Source: Candidatus Enterousia sp.
GTDB lineage: Bacteria; Pseudomonadota; Alphaproteobacteria; Rs-D84
Direction of reading: 5' to 3'
Length of the DNA stretch: 64,000 nt
Assembly: GCA_045635825.1 (NCBI GenBank)
Contig: JAZTWM010000007.1
Location: 11,635-75,634, forward strand
The notes under the pieces are model-generated. The model had not been told where the DNA came from. It was given only the letters and a program-made list of their open reading frames with translations, and did not search any database. This document shows, in pieces, positions 1 through 10,034 of the stretch. The translations under genes and the position numbers were made by a program. Numbering within the stretch: position 1 is the stretch's first letter; each line of letters starts with the position of its first letter.

Positions 1-1
1 A

Positions 2-1363
2 ATGCCTGGAATGTTACCAGTATTAAATAAATACTGTGTAGAGCAAGCGATTCGCATGGGACTGGGGTTAAACGCCGAAATTTCCAAGACCAGTCGTTTT
101 GCCCGTAAACAATATTTCTATCCTGACCTGCCCCAAGGGTATCAAATCTCACAACCTGCAGACGAACCACCGGTTGTCGGTCGTGGCTGGGTTGAAATCA
201 TGGGCGACGATGGAAATCCAAAAAAGATTTTGATTGAACGCGCACACTTGGAACAAGACGCAGGTAAATTAAAACACGATGTACACCCAACAAAATCTTT
301 TGCTGACTATAACCGTACCGGTGTAGCGTTGTTAGAAATTGTTACTTTCCTGGACACAAAAAATCCAGATAACAATTCTTATATCACATCCCCAGACGAA
401 GCCGAACGTTATCTGCGTGAAATTCGTGAAATCGCACGTGCCCTGGGCGTATCCAAGGCAAACATGGAAGAAGGCTCAATGCGTGCAGACGTAAATGTAT
501 CCGTCCGTCGTGTTGGCGAAACAACATTCCGTACACGCACAGAAACCAAAAACATGGTGTCATTCAAATTTATTAAAACCGCCATTGAATACGAAGCACG
601 CCGCCAAATCGAGGCATATGAAAACGGCGACACCGTCACCCAAGACACCATGCGATACAACCAAGGCGAAGGCACAACATCCGTAATGCGCAGCAAAGAA
701 GATGCCCTGGACTATCGTTATTTTCCAGATCCGGATTTATTACTGGTTCATATCACTGATGAACAAATTGAAAACATTCGCCGCACATTACCTGAACTGC
801 CATCTGCAACACGTGCCCGCTATACGCATGATTTCGGGCTTTCCGAATATGATGCTGCACGACTAACTGAAACAACCGACATATCTAAATGGTATGATAC
901 CGCTGTTGGTGGTGATGCAAAACGTGCAAAATCCGTTGCGAACTGGATGATAAGTGAACTGTTTGCCCACCCAGAAAATTGGGATGTAAAAAATCAAAAA
1001 TCTGGCACTGTTGATGAAATGCGTATTATTACACCAACAGATTTAGCAGAACTGGTCGATATGATTGCCGAAAACACAATCAACGGCAAACAGGCCAAAG
1101 AAATATTTATCAAAATGTTAGATAGCGAAGTTGGCACACCACGTGAAATTGCAGACAAATTCGGCATGAAACAAATGACCGACACTGGCGCAATCGAAGC
1201 AATTGTTGACGAAGTCATCAATGCAAACCCATCACAGGTCGAACAATATAAATCAGGCAAAGTCGGCTTACTTGGATTCTTTGTAGGCAATGTTATGAAG
1301 AAAACAGGTGGCACCGCCAACCCAGCCGTCGTAAACGAAATTTTAAGAAATAAATTAGCATAA
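2..1363 (+). CDS. gatB: Asp/Glu-tRNA amidotransferase subunit B (5' truncated by window)
   Basis: FARKQYFYPDLPQGYQISQ, HLEQDAGK, MEEGSMRADVNVS, DYRYFPDPDL and C-terminal GFFVGNVMK motifs. Confidence 0.97.
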   Translation: MPGMLPVLNKYCVEQAIRMGLGLNAEISKTSRFARKQYFYPDLPQGYQISQPADEPPVVGRGWVEIMGDDGNPKKILIERAHLEQDAGKLKHDVHPTKSFADYNRTGVALLEIVTFLDTKNPDNNSYITSPDEAERYLREIREIARALGVSKANMEEGSMRADVNVSVRRVGETTFRTRTETKNMVSFKFIKTAIEYEARRQIEAYENGDTVTQDTMRYNQGEGTTSVMRSKEDALDYRYFPDPDLLLVHITDEQIENIRRTLPELPSATRARYTHDFGLSEYDAARLTETTDISKWYDTAVGGDAKRAKSVANWMISELFAHPENWDVKNQKSGTVDEMRIITPTDLAELVDMIAENTINGKQAKEIFIKMLDSEVGTPREIADKFGMKQMTDTGAIEAIVDEVINANPSQVEQYKSGKVGLLGFFVGNVMKKTGGTANPAVVNEILRNKLA

Positions 1364-1382
1364 ATAACCAAAAGGAGCAAAT

Positions 1383-1553
1383 ATGGTAAAAGTAGTAGGT
1401 ATTGTTGAAAATGATTCCATCACAGGTGTAAAGTACGGCACAGTCGAAGTTCCAGAAACACCAATTGAAATCAAACGTGCACATGAACAATTCAAAAAAA
1501 CACGTGCTGCCCGTACTGCCAAAGTTCGTGGCGAACGCACAAAAAAGAAATAA
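1383..1553 (+). CDS. Small basic protein, 56 aa (not in ORF track)
   Basis: AAAGGAG RBS at 1371-1377; ATG 1383, TAA 1551-1553; MVKVVGIVENDSITGVKYGTVEVPETPIEIKRAHEQFKKTRAARTAKVRGERTKKK; fills the gap after gatB. Confidence 0.75.
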   Translation: MVKVVGIVENDSITGVKYGTVEVPETPIEIKRAHEQFKKTRAARTAKVRGERTKKK

Positions 1554-1555
1554 AC

Positions 1556-1771
1556 ATGGGACACTTTGTCGATTTTCTTGATTCGTTATTGGGTGACAAT
1601 GTCATGAACGACTATGAAAAAATAGTCCGTCAAATGTCACATGCTGAGGCACAATCAAAAATATTGAATCAAGATTATCGACATCGCATTCTCTATTATA
1701 ACCATGTCGCAAAACATATCCAATCACAACAAATGCGACACATAAAAAACATGCGAATCAAACATAAATAA
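1556..1771 (+). CDS. Hypothetical protein, 71 aa
   Basis: Tightly packed between the small ORF and miaB on the same strand. Confidence 0.6.
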   Translation: MGHFVDFLDSLLGDNVMNDYEKIVRQMSHAEAQSKILNQDYRHRILYYNHVAKHIQSQQMRHIKNMRIKHK

Positions 1772-1782
1772 GACATACGAAT

Positions 1783-3081
1783 ATGAAGAAATTCTTTATC
1801 CAAACCTTTGGCTGCCAAATGAATGTATATGATGGATGGCGTATCGCCGCGATGCTGTCGCATCATGGTCTGGAACAAACAAACAATGTTTCAGATGCCG
1901 ACATCATCATATTAAACACATGTGCTGTTCGTGCCAAGGCAACCGATAAAGTCTTTTCCGCATTGGGACGTATTCGTCGTGCAAAAAAAACAACCGCCCT
2001 ATTCGGAATTGTTGGATGTGTTGCACGTGAAGCGGGTGCAACCGCATTTCGCAGAATCCCAGACCTTAATTTTGTCCTGGGCCCACAATCATATCATAAA
2101 TTACCACAAATCTTAGAGAACCCAGATGCACGTCTATTAAATATTGATTTAGGTGGTCTAGAAAAGTTTGATGAACTGCCACAAATGGAACGCAGTCCAC
2201 GTGTCGCATATATACCAATCCAAGAAGGTTGCAACCATGTATGCACATACTGCATTGTTCCATATACACGTGGTCGTGAATTATCACGCTCTTTCGAATC
2301 GGTAATGACAGATACAATTCACGCAGCAAAAACTGGTGCAATTGAAATATGCTTCCTTGGGCAAAATGTAAACGGATATAAATACACAGACGAAAACGGT
2401 AAACTATACCGTCTGTCTGACCTGATTCGTGAAACCGCAAAAATCCCAGAAATCATGCGTATACGCTTTACATCCAGTTATCCAACCGAAATGACAGACG
2501 ACTTGATTGACATGTTCCGTACAGAACCAAAGTTGTTACCTTTCTTGAACATGCCAATCCAAAGCGGCTCACAAAATGTCTTAACACGCATGAATCGCCC
2601 ATACAGTTTGGAATTATACACAGACATTATTCGCAAACTAAAACTGGCACGTCCTGACATTCAAATTTCATCAGACTTTATCGTTGGATTTCCCGGCGAA
2701 ACAGATGAAGATTTTGAACAAACAATGCGAATCGCAGAACAAATCAAATATATCAATTCATATTCGTTCAAATATTCACCACGTCCACACACAGCTGCTG
2801 CCCTGATGCCAGATCAAATCCCAGAAAATATCAAGGCAGAACGTCTGGCAAAACTGGACACATACCTTAATGATGTTCAGCGTAATTTTAACGAATCGTG
2901 CATTGATACCACATTGGACTGCTTACTAGAAGGTCCAGATAAAACCGGCCGTCATCTGGTCTATCGCACACCATTTATGCAACAATGCATTGTTGAATTT
3001 TGTGACAACGCACCAGAATTGGCAAAGATAAAAATCACAGCCGCCAACAAGGCATCCCTGCGTGGAAAGTTTATTGATTAA
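1783..3081 (+). CDS. miaB: tRNA-2-methylthio-N6-dimethylallyladenosine synthase (radical SAM)
   Basis: TFGCQMNVYD, LNTCAVR, CNHVCTYC radical SAM motif, DFIVGFPGET, C-terminal TRAM-like region. Confidence 0.95.
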   Translation: MKKFFIQTFGCQMNVYDGWRIAAMLSHHGLEQTNNVSDADIIILNTCAVRAKATDKVFSALGRIRRAKKTTALFGIVGCVAREAGATAFRRIPDLNFVLGPQSYHKLPQILENPDARLLNIDLGGLEKFDELPQMERSPRVAYIPIQEGCNHVCTYCIVPYTRGRELSRSFESVMTDTIHAAKTGAIEICFLGQNVNGYKYTDENGKLYRLSDLIRETAKIPEIMRIRFTSSYPTEMTDDLIDMFRTEPKLLPFLNMPIQSGSQNVLTRMNRPYSLELYTDIIRKLKLARPDIQISSDFIVGFPGETDEDFEQTMRIAEQIKYINSYSFKYSPRPHTAAALMPDQIPENIKAERLAKLDTYLNDVQRNFNESCIDTTLDCLLEGPDKTGRHLVYRTPFMQQCIVEFCDNAPELAKIKITAANKASLRGKFID

Positions 3082-3085
3082 TCAA

Positions 3086-4612
3086 TCAAAAATAAATCCT
3101 GGCACCAACTGTCAATTCATACGTAGTTACATCCATGGCACGCAAAATAGATGCACCTATGTTGCCACCAGCATTATCATATACTGACCAAAAACTGGCA
3201 TCAAATTGCACACCTGATTCACCCAATGTATTTAATATAACATTCATTTTGTAATCATAATTGATTGCATGCATTTGATAGGCATACCCCACACCAATAC
3301 CAGTACGCACAACAAAATCAAAATCTTCAAAAGATTCCAATCTATACAGATTCACCCCACCACCAACAAATGGTGCAATGTTTATTTTATCATCAACCTG
3401 ATACTTTATCCCATAATCCAGCAACGCATGTAACGACAACACATTTGGATTATTTATACGATGACCATCATACAGAACTTCTCCAACATCAAACTCAAAG
3501 TTTTTAATTCCAAACAAACCACGCACAAATGTATTTCTAGCCATCGCATAATCAGCATATAACTTTATCCCATAATACAACCCATCAAATGCATCCACAT
3601 AAGACGAATAATATAATTCACCAACCTTGACACCCAACCCAATTTTCAGATCACCAACATCCCCCAATACTACGCTGGAAAAATTATAAGAAACAAAATC
3701 ACTTGTCGAAATTACAGATGCCCTTGCCAGTCCCCCAGACAACAGTGCAAAATCAAAACCATCCAACGCAGTTATAATACGTACTGGCTCTAACAATTTG
3801 TTTGGATTCAAACGCACCGAATCGTCTAATACATCATACAAAGCGGACATATCCGTCACAGTATCCAACATACCAAGCAATTTGTCACCTGAACCCTCAA
3901 CACGCACATCATTTAAATAATCCCCAATACCTGTCCCTAAAACCTTAATGTAATCCGTTTCCCGAACCCGCTTAACATACAGGGCCCCATCATCAATATA
4001 CGCTACATCTACAAACAAAGGATTCTTTATATCTGTAACCAAAACAATATCTGCATCACCTGTTACATTATGCAACACCGGGCCACTAAAAATATCCACC
4101 AAACCACCCTGGTATAAGACGATACTACCATCCAATTCCAACACATAATTCTCAGACGCATCTATTGCAGATAAATCAATAACAGAATCACGAATAATAA
4201 TTTTATCGGCCGTACCTGCCACACCATAAATATCATCCAATAATAAATGATTTACCCCTTGAACCAACAAAAAGTATTCACTAGCAATATCTATTGGATT
4301 CATATCATCTCTACCGACCACCAACTGATAAGCCCTGCCACCCCCGTTCATAGACGCAGTAAAATCCCCTTTATTTCGGATATATACATCACATCCATCA
4401 CACAAATAAATATCCGTATCAAATAAACCATTATTCAAGATATTAACACTATTTGATATATACAAGGCATCTGGCTTAAAAACCGCCCCTGCCCCAACAA
4501 CAAAATCAGAATCAATAAAAACATTCCCAGAATACACGTCATCAAATGCATAAAGTACACCACCATTAATGGCGCACAAAAACATAAGGAACAAACGGCA
4601 TATTCTTTTCAT
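3086..4612 (-). CDS. Secreted/outer-membrane protein, autotransporter-like
   Basis: Signal-like MKRICRLFLMFLCAING; beta-rich body; C-terminal barrel signature YELTVGARIYF. Confidence 0.6.
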   Translation of the reverse strand: MKRICRLFLMFLCAINGGVLYAFDDVYSGNVFIDSDFVVGAGAVFKPDALYISNSVNILNNGLFDTDIYLCDGCDVYIRNKGDFTASMNGGGRAYQLVVGRDDMNPIDIASEYFLLVQGVNHLLLDDIYGVAGTADKIIIRDSVIDLSAIDASENYVLELDGSIVLYQGGLVDIFSGPVLHNVTGDADIVLVTDIKNPLFVDVAYIDDGALYVKRVRETDYIKVLGTGIGDYLNDVRVEGSGDKLLGMLDTVTDMSALYDVLDDSVRLNPNKLLEPVRIITALDGFDFALLSGGLARASVISTSDFVSYNFSSVVLGDVGDLKIGLGVKVGELYYSSYVDAFDGLYYGIKLYADYAMARNTFVRGLFGIKNFEFDVGEVLYDGHRINNPNVLSLHALLDYGIKYQVDDKINIAPFVGGGVNLYRLESFEDFDFVVRTGIGVGYAYQMHAINYDYKMNVILNTLGESGVQFDASFWSVYDNAGGNIGASILRAMDVTTYELTVGARIYF

Positions 4613-4711
4613 TACGCTACACAACATAAATCATAACACCATCAAAATATATACAGCAACAAAAAATACCCTGATTGATATCAGGGTATTTATTTCAAAC
4701 ATAATGCACGT

Positions 4712-5266
4712 TTATTTATCTAATTTGCCCCAACCGGCTCTATATCCACCATCACGTTCCAAATACACATTTGCCCCATTCAGTTGCGCAGCACTAACCC
4801 CCTGAATCATATATGTTTGATTTATACGACCAGATTTCCCAGCCTGCAACATTGGGAACTTGATATTAAAACGCTTTGATGCATTACAACACTTAACATC
4901 ATTATGACATGATTCGCACTGATACAGCCTTAGATTATACTTAACACCTGGACGCATATCCTTCAAATCAACCATCATCTTCACACCATCATCTGTATCC
5001 TTGAATTTTATATGGCCCATCTTGGATTCGCCACCACGACTGCTGTGAGTATACATTTTAGCATACACACTATTAACATCTGTATTTTCATACACCTGAT
5101 AAACAACAATCGCATCTGTTTCCTCTATAACCTCTACAGGTTGCATACGGTCCATTTGTTTATGATGATGACGCTTGCCCGGACATTCCATCATGCACCC
5201 AGACAAGACAAAAACAGCACCCAACAAAGATGCCAGCAACAGTATTTTATTTGTTATGTTTTTCAT
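4712..5266 (-). CDS. Lipoprotein with degenerate Cu/Zn SOD-like fold
   Basis: AAGGAG RBS; lipobox LSGC; GHIKFKDTDDGVKMMVDLKDMRPG and GGYRAGWG resemble SodC, metal-binding His absent. Confidence 0.6.
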   Translation of the reverse strand: MKNITNKILLLASLLGAVFVLSGCMMECPGKRHHHKQMDRMQPVEVIEETDAIVVYQVYENTDVNSVYAKMYTHSSRGGESKMGHIKFKDTDDGVKMMVDLKDMRPGVKYNLRLYQCESCHNDVKCCNASKRFNIKFPMLQAGKSGRINQTYMIQGVSAAQLNGANVYLERDGGYRAGWGKLDK

Positions 5267-5457
5267 AGATTTCTCCTTTGTTTGATTGTGGTCACACTGC
5301 ATATTCTACAACATCAAAAAAACATTTTCCCCAGGTAAGAATACCCAAAAAAACTTAGGATTTCATGCGTATAGCACATTTTTTGACTTCAATCCTGTTT
5401 ATCACCAACATATGTTTTTGATAGCCTATTGCCATGTACAAACCAAAAGGATAAAAC

Positions 5458-5814
5458 ATGTACGAACTACTACAACACCTGATTGCATTCAAATATGCAT
5501 GCAAGATTAATCACTGGACCACAGAAAAATATTCACAACATCTGTTATTCGACAGATTAACCGAAGACATTGATACATGGGTTGATGAAATCGCCGAAAG
5601 TTATTTTATGGCAATGGATAAAACAGTTTTTTTCAAAGCCGACATACTAAACCCAAAAATGGTTAATCGTGACCTGGTAAAATCCTGTGAAAAAATTATT
5701 TCCCACCTAGAAGAACTGCAAAATGACAACGAAACTAACGAAGGCATGAATTCATTGCTTAGTGCAATCGAACAAGGATTCTTAAACAAATTAGCGTTGG
5801 CAAAATTAATATAA
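5458..5814 (+). CDS. Short Dps/ferritin-like protein
   Basis: NHW...QHLLFD...VDEIAE ferroxidase-centre pattern; AAAGGA RBS. Confidence 0.7.
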   Translation: MYELLQHLIAFKYACKINHWTTEKYSQHLLFDRLTEDIDTWVDEIAESYFMAMDKTVFFKADILNPKMVNRDLVKSCEKIISHLEELQNDNETNEGMNSLLSAIEQGFLNKLALAKLI

Positions 5815-5827
5815 AAAACTTGACCAT

Positions 5828-5854
5828 AAAAATCCCCCAAGATGGGGGATTTTT
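5828..5854. terminator. Bidirectional intrinsic terminator
   Basis: AAAAATCCCCCA-AGA-TGGGGGATTTTT between convergent genes. Confidence 0.85.
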
Positions 5855-5867
5855 ATTGCAATACGGA

Positions 5868-6479
5868 CTAGAACATAAATCTAATACCAACATCACCGCC
5901 AAAATTATGCAACCCTGACTGGACATCAACGTATGTATAACGTGCTGCGACATCAACCGCAAAACGTTCCATATCAAACGTCATACCCATTGTAAGATCG
6001 CCAGCAAATCGTGTTTTGCTTTCACTATGATGTGGGACCAAACTGCCATGACGTTTTATATCTGCAAATCCCATACCAACACCCATGCCAACAAATGGTC
6101 GAACCATTTTATATTCACCAAATTCCAAATAATTGTTCCACAACACTGTTTGCAACTTGGTTTCTACATCAACACTGCCTGCCACGCCAAAGTTTTCACG
6201 ATCAGACATCTTTCCATAATAAGACCATTCCAATTCTGAACGAACCGTATCACAAACCTCTAAACCCATTGCTGCACGACCTTGAAAAATAAAATCTGTC
6301 ATAGATTCTTTATTCTTGTCATATTTATAATTCAGGTTTGTATAGCTCATTCCACCCCTCAAACCGATATATGGATCCATACCCCACATTTGCCAACTGC
6401 TACCCTGGTCTGGATGATTAATTGCAAAGGCTGGACATGCGACCAGCACCGCCAATGCCGACATTGCTACTTTTTTCAT
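5868..6479 (-). CDS. Small outer-membrane beta-barrel (opacity/OmpA-barrel-like)
   Basis: Signal peptide, YIGLRGG, RSELEW, RPFVGMGVG, terminal GIRFMF; AAGGAG RBS. Confidence 0.85.
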   Translation of the reverse strand: MKKVAMSALAVLVACPAFAINHPDQGSSWQMWGMDPYIGLRGGMSYTNLNYKYDKNKESMTDFIFQGRAAMGLEVCDTVRSELEWSYYGKMSDRENFGVAGSVDVETKLQTVLWNNYLEFGEYKMVRPFVGMGVGMGFADIKRHGSLVPHHSESKTRFAGDLTMGMTFDMERFAVDVAARYTYVDVQSGLHNFGGDVGIRFMF

Positions 6480-6630
6480 GTGTTCTCCTTTTTGGTTATT
6501 AATTTTATTTGATGTTTCATGTCAACACCTTAATTCTACCAACAGCCGAGATACATTTATATAGGTATGATTCCCTGAAAACGAATCGATAAAATAATAA
6601 AAAACGGCCACAATCATGACCGTATATTTC

Positions 6631-6706
6631 TGGTGGACGCGCAGGGACTCGAACCCTGGACCCACTGATTAAGAGTCAGTTGCTCTACCAACTGAGCTAC
6701 GCATCC
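6631..6706 (-). tRNA. tRNA-Lys(CTT)
   Basis: GGATGCGTAGCTCAGTTGGTAGAGCAACTGACTCTTAATCAGTGGGTCCAGGGTTCGAGTCCCTGCGCGTCCACCA; 76 nt, CCA encoded. Confidence 0.97.
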
Positions 6707-6724
6707 AGAACCGTAACGGCCACT

Positions 6725-6753
6725 ATTATAGACATAATTTCTACAAAATGCAA
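6725..6753 (-). promoter_or_regulatory. Sigma70 promoter of tRNA-Lys
   Basis: TTGCAT-N17-TATAAT on the minus strand. Confidence 0.7.
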
Positions 6754-6760
6754 GTTTTTA

Positions 6761-6790
6761 TAATAAAACCGCCACATGGCGGTTTTATTA
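6761..6790. terminator. Intrinsic terminator
   Basis: TAATAAAACCGCCA-CA-TGGCGGTTTTATTA at the oxidase gene stop. Confidence 0.8.
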
Positions 6791-7990
6791 TTGTATCTGC
6801 ACACATCTAGGACGTAATTTTACTTGTTTTATATCTTCAATTGTTTGTGTTCCTGCCAACGTCATCACGCGTCTCAAATCATTTTTTAAATAATCCAGCA
6901 CAGACACAACACCACGCCATCCCCCCAATGCTAATCCATATATAATCGGCCGTCCAATTGCAACCACATCTGCCCCACTGGCAATTGCCTTGAATATATG
7001 CTGACCACGACGAATACCACCATCAAAAATTATGGGAACTCGTTTATTCACACGTCGTGCAATTTCTGGCAACACGTCAAATGATGCCGATGCACCATCC
7101 AATTGTCGCCCCCCATGATTAGAAACCCATATTGCATCTGCACCCGCCAATATCGCAATTTCTGCGTCATCTGGATGCATAATCCCTTTGACAATAACAG
7201 GCAAACGGGTTTCAGACTTTACCCACATAATATCATAAGGAATCATGTCATTTTTTGCCGCAGCAAATATATCACCTATTCCACGCCCTTTGGTCGGACC
7301 ACTTTTCTTTGGCACATTTGGCAAGTCTAATGGGAACTTGAACTTATTTCGCAAATCTCGCACCCTGTTTCCACCAACAGGTGCATCAACAGTCAATATA
7401 ACCGCACGATACCCCAAAGCCTCAGCCTGACGAATCAAGGTTCTGTTTGCTTGTTCATCCTTGCTCAAATACAACTGAAACCACTGTGGTGCCCCATGAC
7501 CTGCCAATGCGATATCTGCCATAGCAGAACTGGCATATGTACTAACACTCATTATAGTACCCGCAACCGCTGCCCCATGGGCACTGCCTGCCTCTGCGGA
7601 CACATGTGCCAACCCATGTGCCGCCGCCGGTGCCACAATTACAGGCATAGATATATCAATTCCCAAAATACTGGTTCTAATATTTGGGTTTTCAACACCT
7701 GTCAGCACACGTGGATAAATATCCACCGAATCGAACGCAAGCGTATTTCTACGCATTGTTTTCTCGGTCTCTGCACCACCACGCACATAATCAAAGCCGG
7801 CACTTGGCATAACCTGCCCTGCACGCTTTTCTAATTCACCCATATCATAGATTGTTATCTCGGTATCACTATTGGATGCCCGATACTCACCTGTTGGACT
7901 GGTCATCGTACGTCTGGACAACTGAATTATCAGCCAAACAATTATCAGTACAACCAAGATGATACACAAAACAAAAAATACTTTTTTCAT
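6788..7990 (-). CDS. FMN-dependent alpha-hydroxy-acid (lactate) oxidase with N-terminal hydrophobic anchor
   Basis: FDYVRGGA, WFQLY, LTVDAP, VKGI, SNHGGRQLD, DGGIRRG; AAAGGGA RBS before MKKVFF. Confidence 0.9.
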   Translation of the reverse strand: MKKVFFVLCIILVVLIIVWLIIQLSRRTMTSPTGEYRASNSDTEITIYDMGELEKRAGQVMPSAGFDYVRGGAETEKTMRRNTLAFDSVDIYPRVLTGVENPNIRTSILGIDISMPVIVAPAAAHGLAHVSAEAGSAHGAAVAGTIMSVSTYASSAMADIALAGHGAPQWFQLYLSKDEQANRTLIRQAEALGYRAVILTVDAPVGGNRVRDLRNKFKFPLDLPNVPKKSGPTKGRGIGDIFAAAKNDMIPYDIMWVKSETRLPVIVKGIMHPDDAEIAILAGADAIWVSNHGGRQLDGASASFDVLPEIARRVNKRVPIIFDGGIRRGQHIFKAIASGADVVAIGRPIIYGLALGGWRGVVSVLDYLKNDLRRVMTLAGTQTIEDIKQVKLRPRCVQIQ

Positions 7991-8082
7991 ATCAAATCCC
8001 TTTTGTTTAATATCCATGATATCAAAACAACAATAAAAACTTGATTTGATACTATTCATAAAAAACAGGCACATCGTGCCCA

Positions 8083-9306
8083 TTATTTTTTCAAATAAGA
8101 AACAGGATTATACGCTTTTGTTCCTTTTCTAATTTCAAAATGCAACTGTGGACTATCCACCTTGCCCGTCTCACCAACAGTGCCGATTTTTTTCCCAACG
8201 CTTACCTTGGCACCACGACGCACAGTCATAGAATCCATATGTGCGTAAACCGTCATCCAACCACCGTCATGTTGCATAATAACCAAGTTTCCCATCCCCT
8301 TAACCTCGTTACCGGCATATGCAACAACGCCATTTTCCGCCGCCACAACAGACGCACCACGTACTGCACCAATATTTATCCCATCATTAAACAATCCATT
8401 CATCTTTGCCCCATAATTTGACAATATTTTCCCACGCACTGGCCATGTAAACTTAGATGATGAACGTGCATTTATTACCGGCAACTTCTTAGACGGATCA
8501 GATGATATTTTCTTTTGTTTAACTGGCTCTGTAACAACATTTGTCTTTACAGTTGTCACATTTTTTGACACCTTATTATCCACTGCCACAGCGGTTTTAG
8601 TTTCCGTCTTGGTGGCTTCTGCTTTTTTCCCACCATTTGATGCCTGTTTTGGAACAACCGATACAGGAACCTTGGCCAAATTTGGAACACGAATCTTTTG
8701 ACCAACCACCAAATTAAATGGTGCCTGTAAATCATTCATAACTGCCAAATCATTAACCGGCACAGAATACTTACGCGACAAAGAATATAACGTATCCCCC
8801 GGTCCAACCGTAATGTTTGTCAATTCAACACGTGTCGCAGAACGAACACCATCAATTGGTTTATTAATTTCCAATGTATCTACAACCTGACCAGATGCCC
8901 GCTGCACCCCGGTTTCACCATACATTGGCACCAAAATATAATCATCCACCGTTGCAACAGTCTTATCTGTCACTTGCACGTCATTTTCTGTTTTCTCAAC
9001 CTGTACTTCACCCGAATCTGATATTTCATGAACCTGGGGTGGAATAATATAATCATCAACAGATGCATACACAACATAATCTTCTGCCACATCCGTTCCA
9101 TACAAATCTGGGGATGCATAAACACCATAGTCTGTTACCGCAGAATTATAGATTTCTGGGAACTTATCTGGATCTGCCAACATTGCTGGATAGCGCTCCG
9201 AAATAAAATCGCCAACAGAATCAGGCAACGACACAATACGTGGTTGCAAATCACACGCAGTTTGCGTTAACAACACAGCAACAAAAATCCAGATGATTTT
9301 TTTCAC
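8083..9306 (-). CDS. LysM + M23 lipoprotein (NlpD-like)
   Basis: Lipobox QTAC; LysM VGPGDTLYSLSRKY; M23 NDGINI, YAHM, LHFEIR. Confidence 0.9.
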   Translation of the reverse strand: MKKIIWIFVAVLLTQTACDLQPRIVSLPDSVGDFISERYPAMLADPDKFPEIYNSAVTDYGVYASPDLYGTDVAEDYVVYASVDDYIIPPQVHEISDSGEVQVEKTENDVQVTDKTVATVDDYILVPMYGETGVQRASGQVVDTLEINKPIDGVRSATRVELTNITVGPGDTLYSLSRKYSVPVNDLAVMNDLQAPFNLVVGQKIRVPNLAKVPVSVVPKQASNGGKKAEATKTETKTAVAVDNKVSKNVTTVKTNVVTEPVKQKKISSDPSKKLPVINARSSSKFTWPVRGKILSNYGAKMNGLFNDGINIGAVRGASVVAAENGVVAYAGNEVKGMGNLVIMQHDGGWMTVYAHMDSMTVRRGAKVSVGKKIGTVGETGKVDSPQLHFEIRKGTKAYNPVSYLKK

Positions 9307-9326
9307 ACAACCATTATAACATAAAA

Positions 9327-10034
9327 TCAGTCATGACGCATAAACAAAATACTAATTTCAAACAATCCCCACATCGGCACAGCCAACATAATTTGGGATA
9401 CAATATCCGGTGGTGTTAAAATCGCCGCCACTATAACAATTAAAACAATCGCGTATCTACGCATCGCAACGGCACGTGCACGTGATAAAACACCAATGCG
9501 ATTCAACAACACCAATAACAAAGGCAACTGAAATGCCACACCAAAAACCTTTAGCAACCCAATTGCAAAACCCAAGTAATCACGTACCGCCGGCAACAAC
9601 ACTGCTGGCACAGGTGCAGATTGATTCAATTCCACAAAGAACTTAAACACAACCGGCAACAAAAAGAAAAAAGCAAAACCCGCCCCCAATAAAAACAACA
9701 ATGGCGACATAATCAAAATTGGCCAAATAAATCTTTTCTCATTTTGTTTTAAGCCCGGTGCAACAAATGCCCAAACATGCCACAATACCACAGGCAAAAC
9801 AACCAATAACGCAAACAATCCCGCCAAAGAAAACTGTATCATCAATCCATCCGTTAACCCAGAATAAATCAACGCTCCGTCTGGCCAAACCGACAACAAT
9901 GGCCCTGTTAAAAATTGCTGAATCATTGGCGACAACACCCACCCCATGATAAAAGCACCCAGAAACCACAACGCAATCCACAAAATCCTACGTCGCAATT
10001 CTGTAAAATGCTGTAACAATGTCATTTTTTTCAT
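9327..10034 (-). CDS. tatC: Twin-arginine translocase TatC
   Basis: LLQHFTELRRR, FVAPGL, FQLP, AAILTPPD. Confidence 0.95.
   Translation of the reverse strand: MKKMTLLQHFTELRRRILWIALWFLGAFIMGWVLSPMIQQFLTGPLLSVWPDGALIYSGLTDGLMIQFSLAGLFALLVVLPVVLWHVWAFVAPGLKQNEKRFIWPILIMSPLLFLLGAGFAFFFLLPVVFKFFVELNQSAPVPAVLLPAVRDYLGFAIGLLKVFGVAFQLPLLLVLLNRIGVLSRARAVAMRRYAIVLIVIVAAILTPPDIVSQIMLAVPMWGLFEISILFMRHD

Noticed and set aside
6631-6706. tRNA-Lys as the integration site of an island
   Set aside because: No duplicated tRNA 3' end or nearby integrase found by eye
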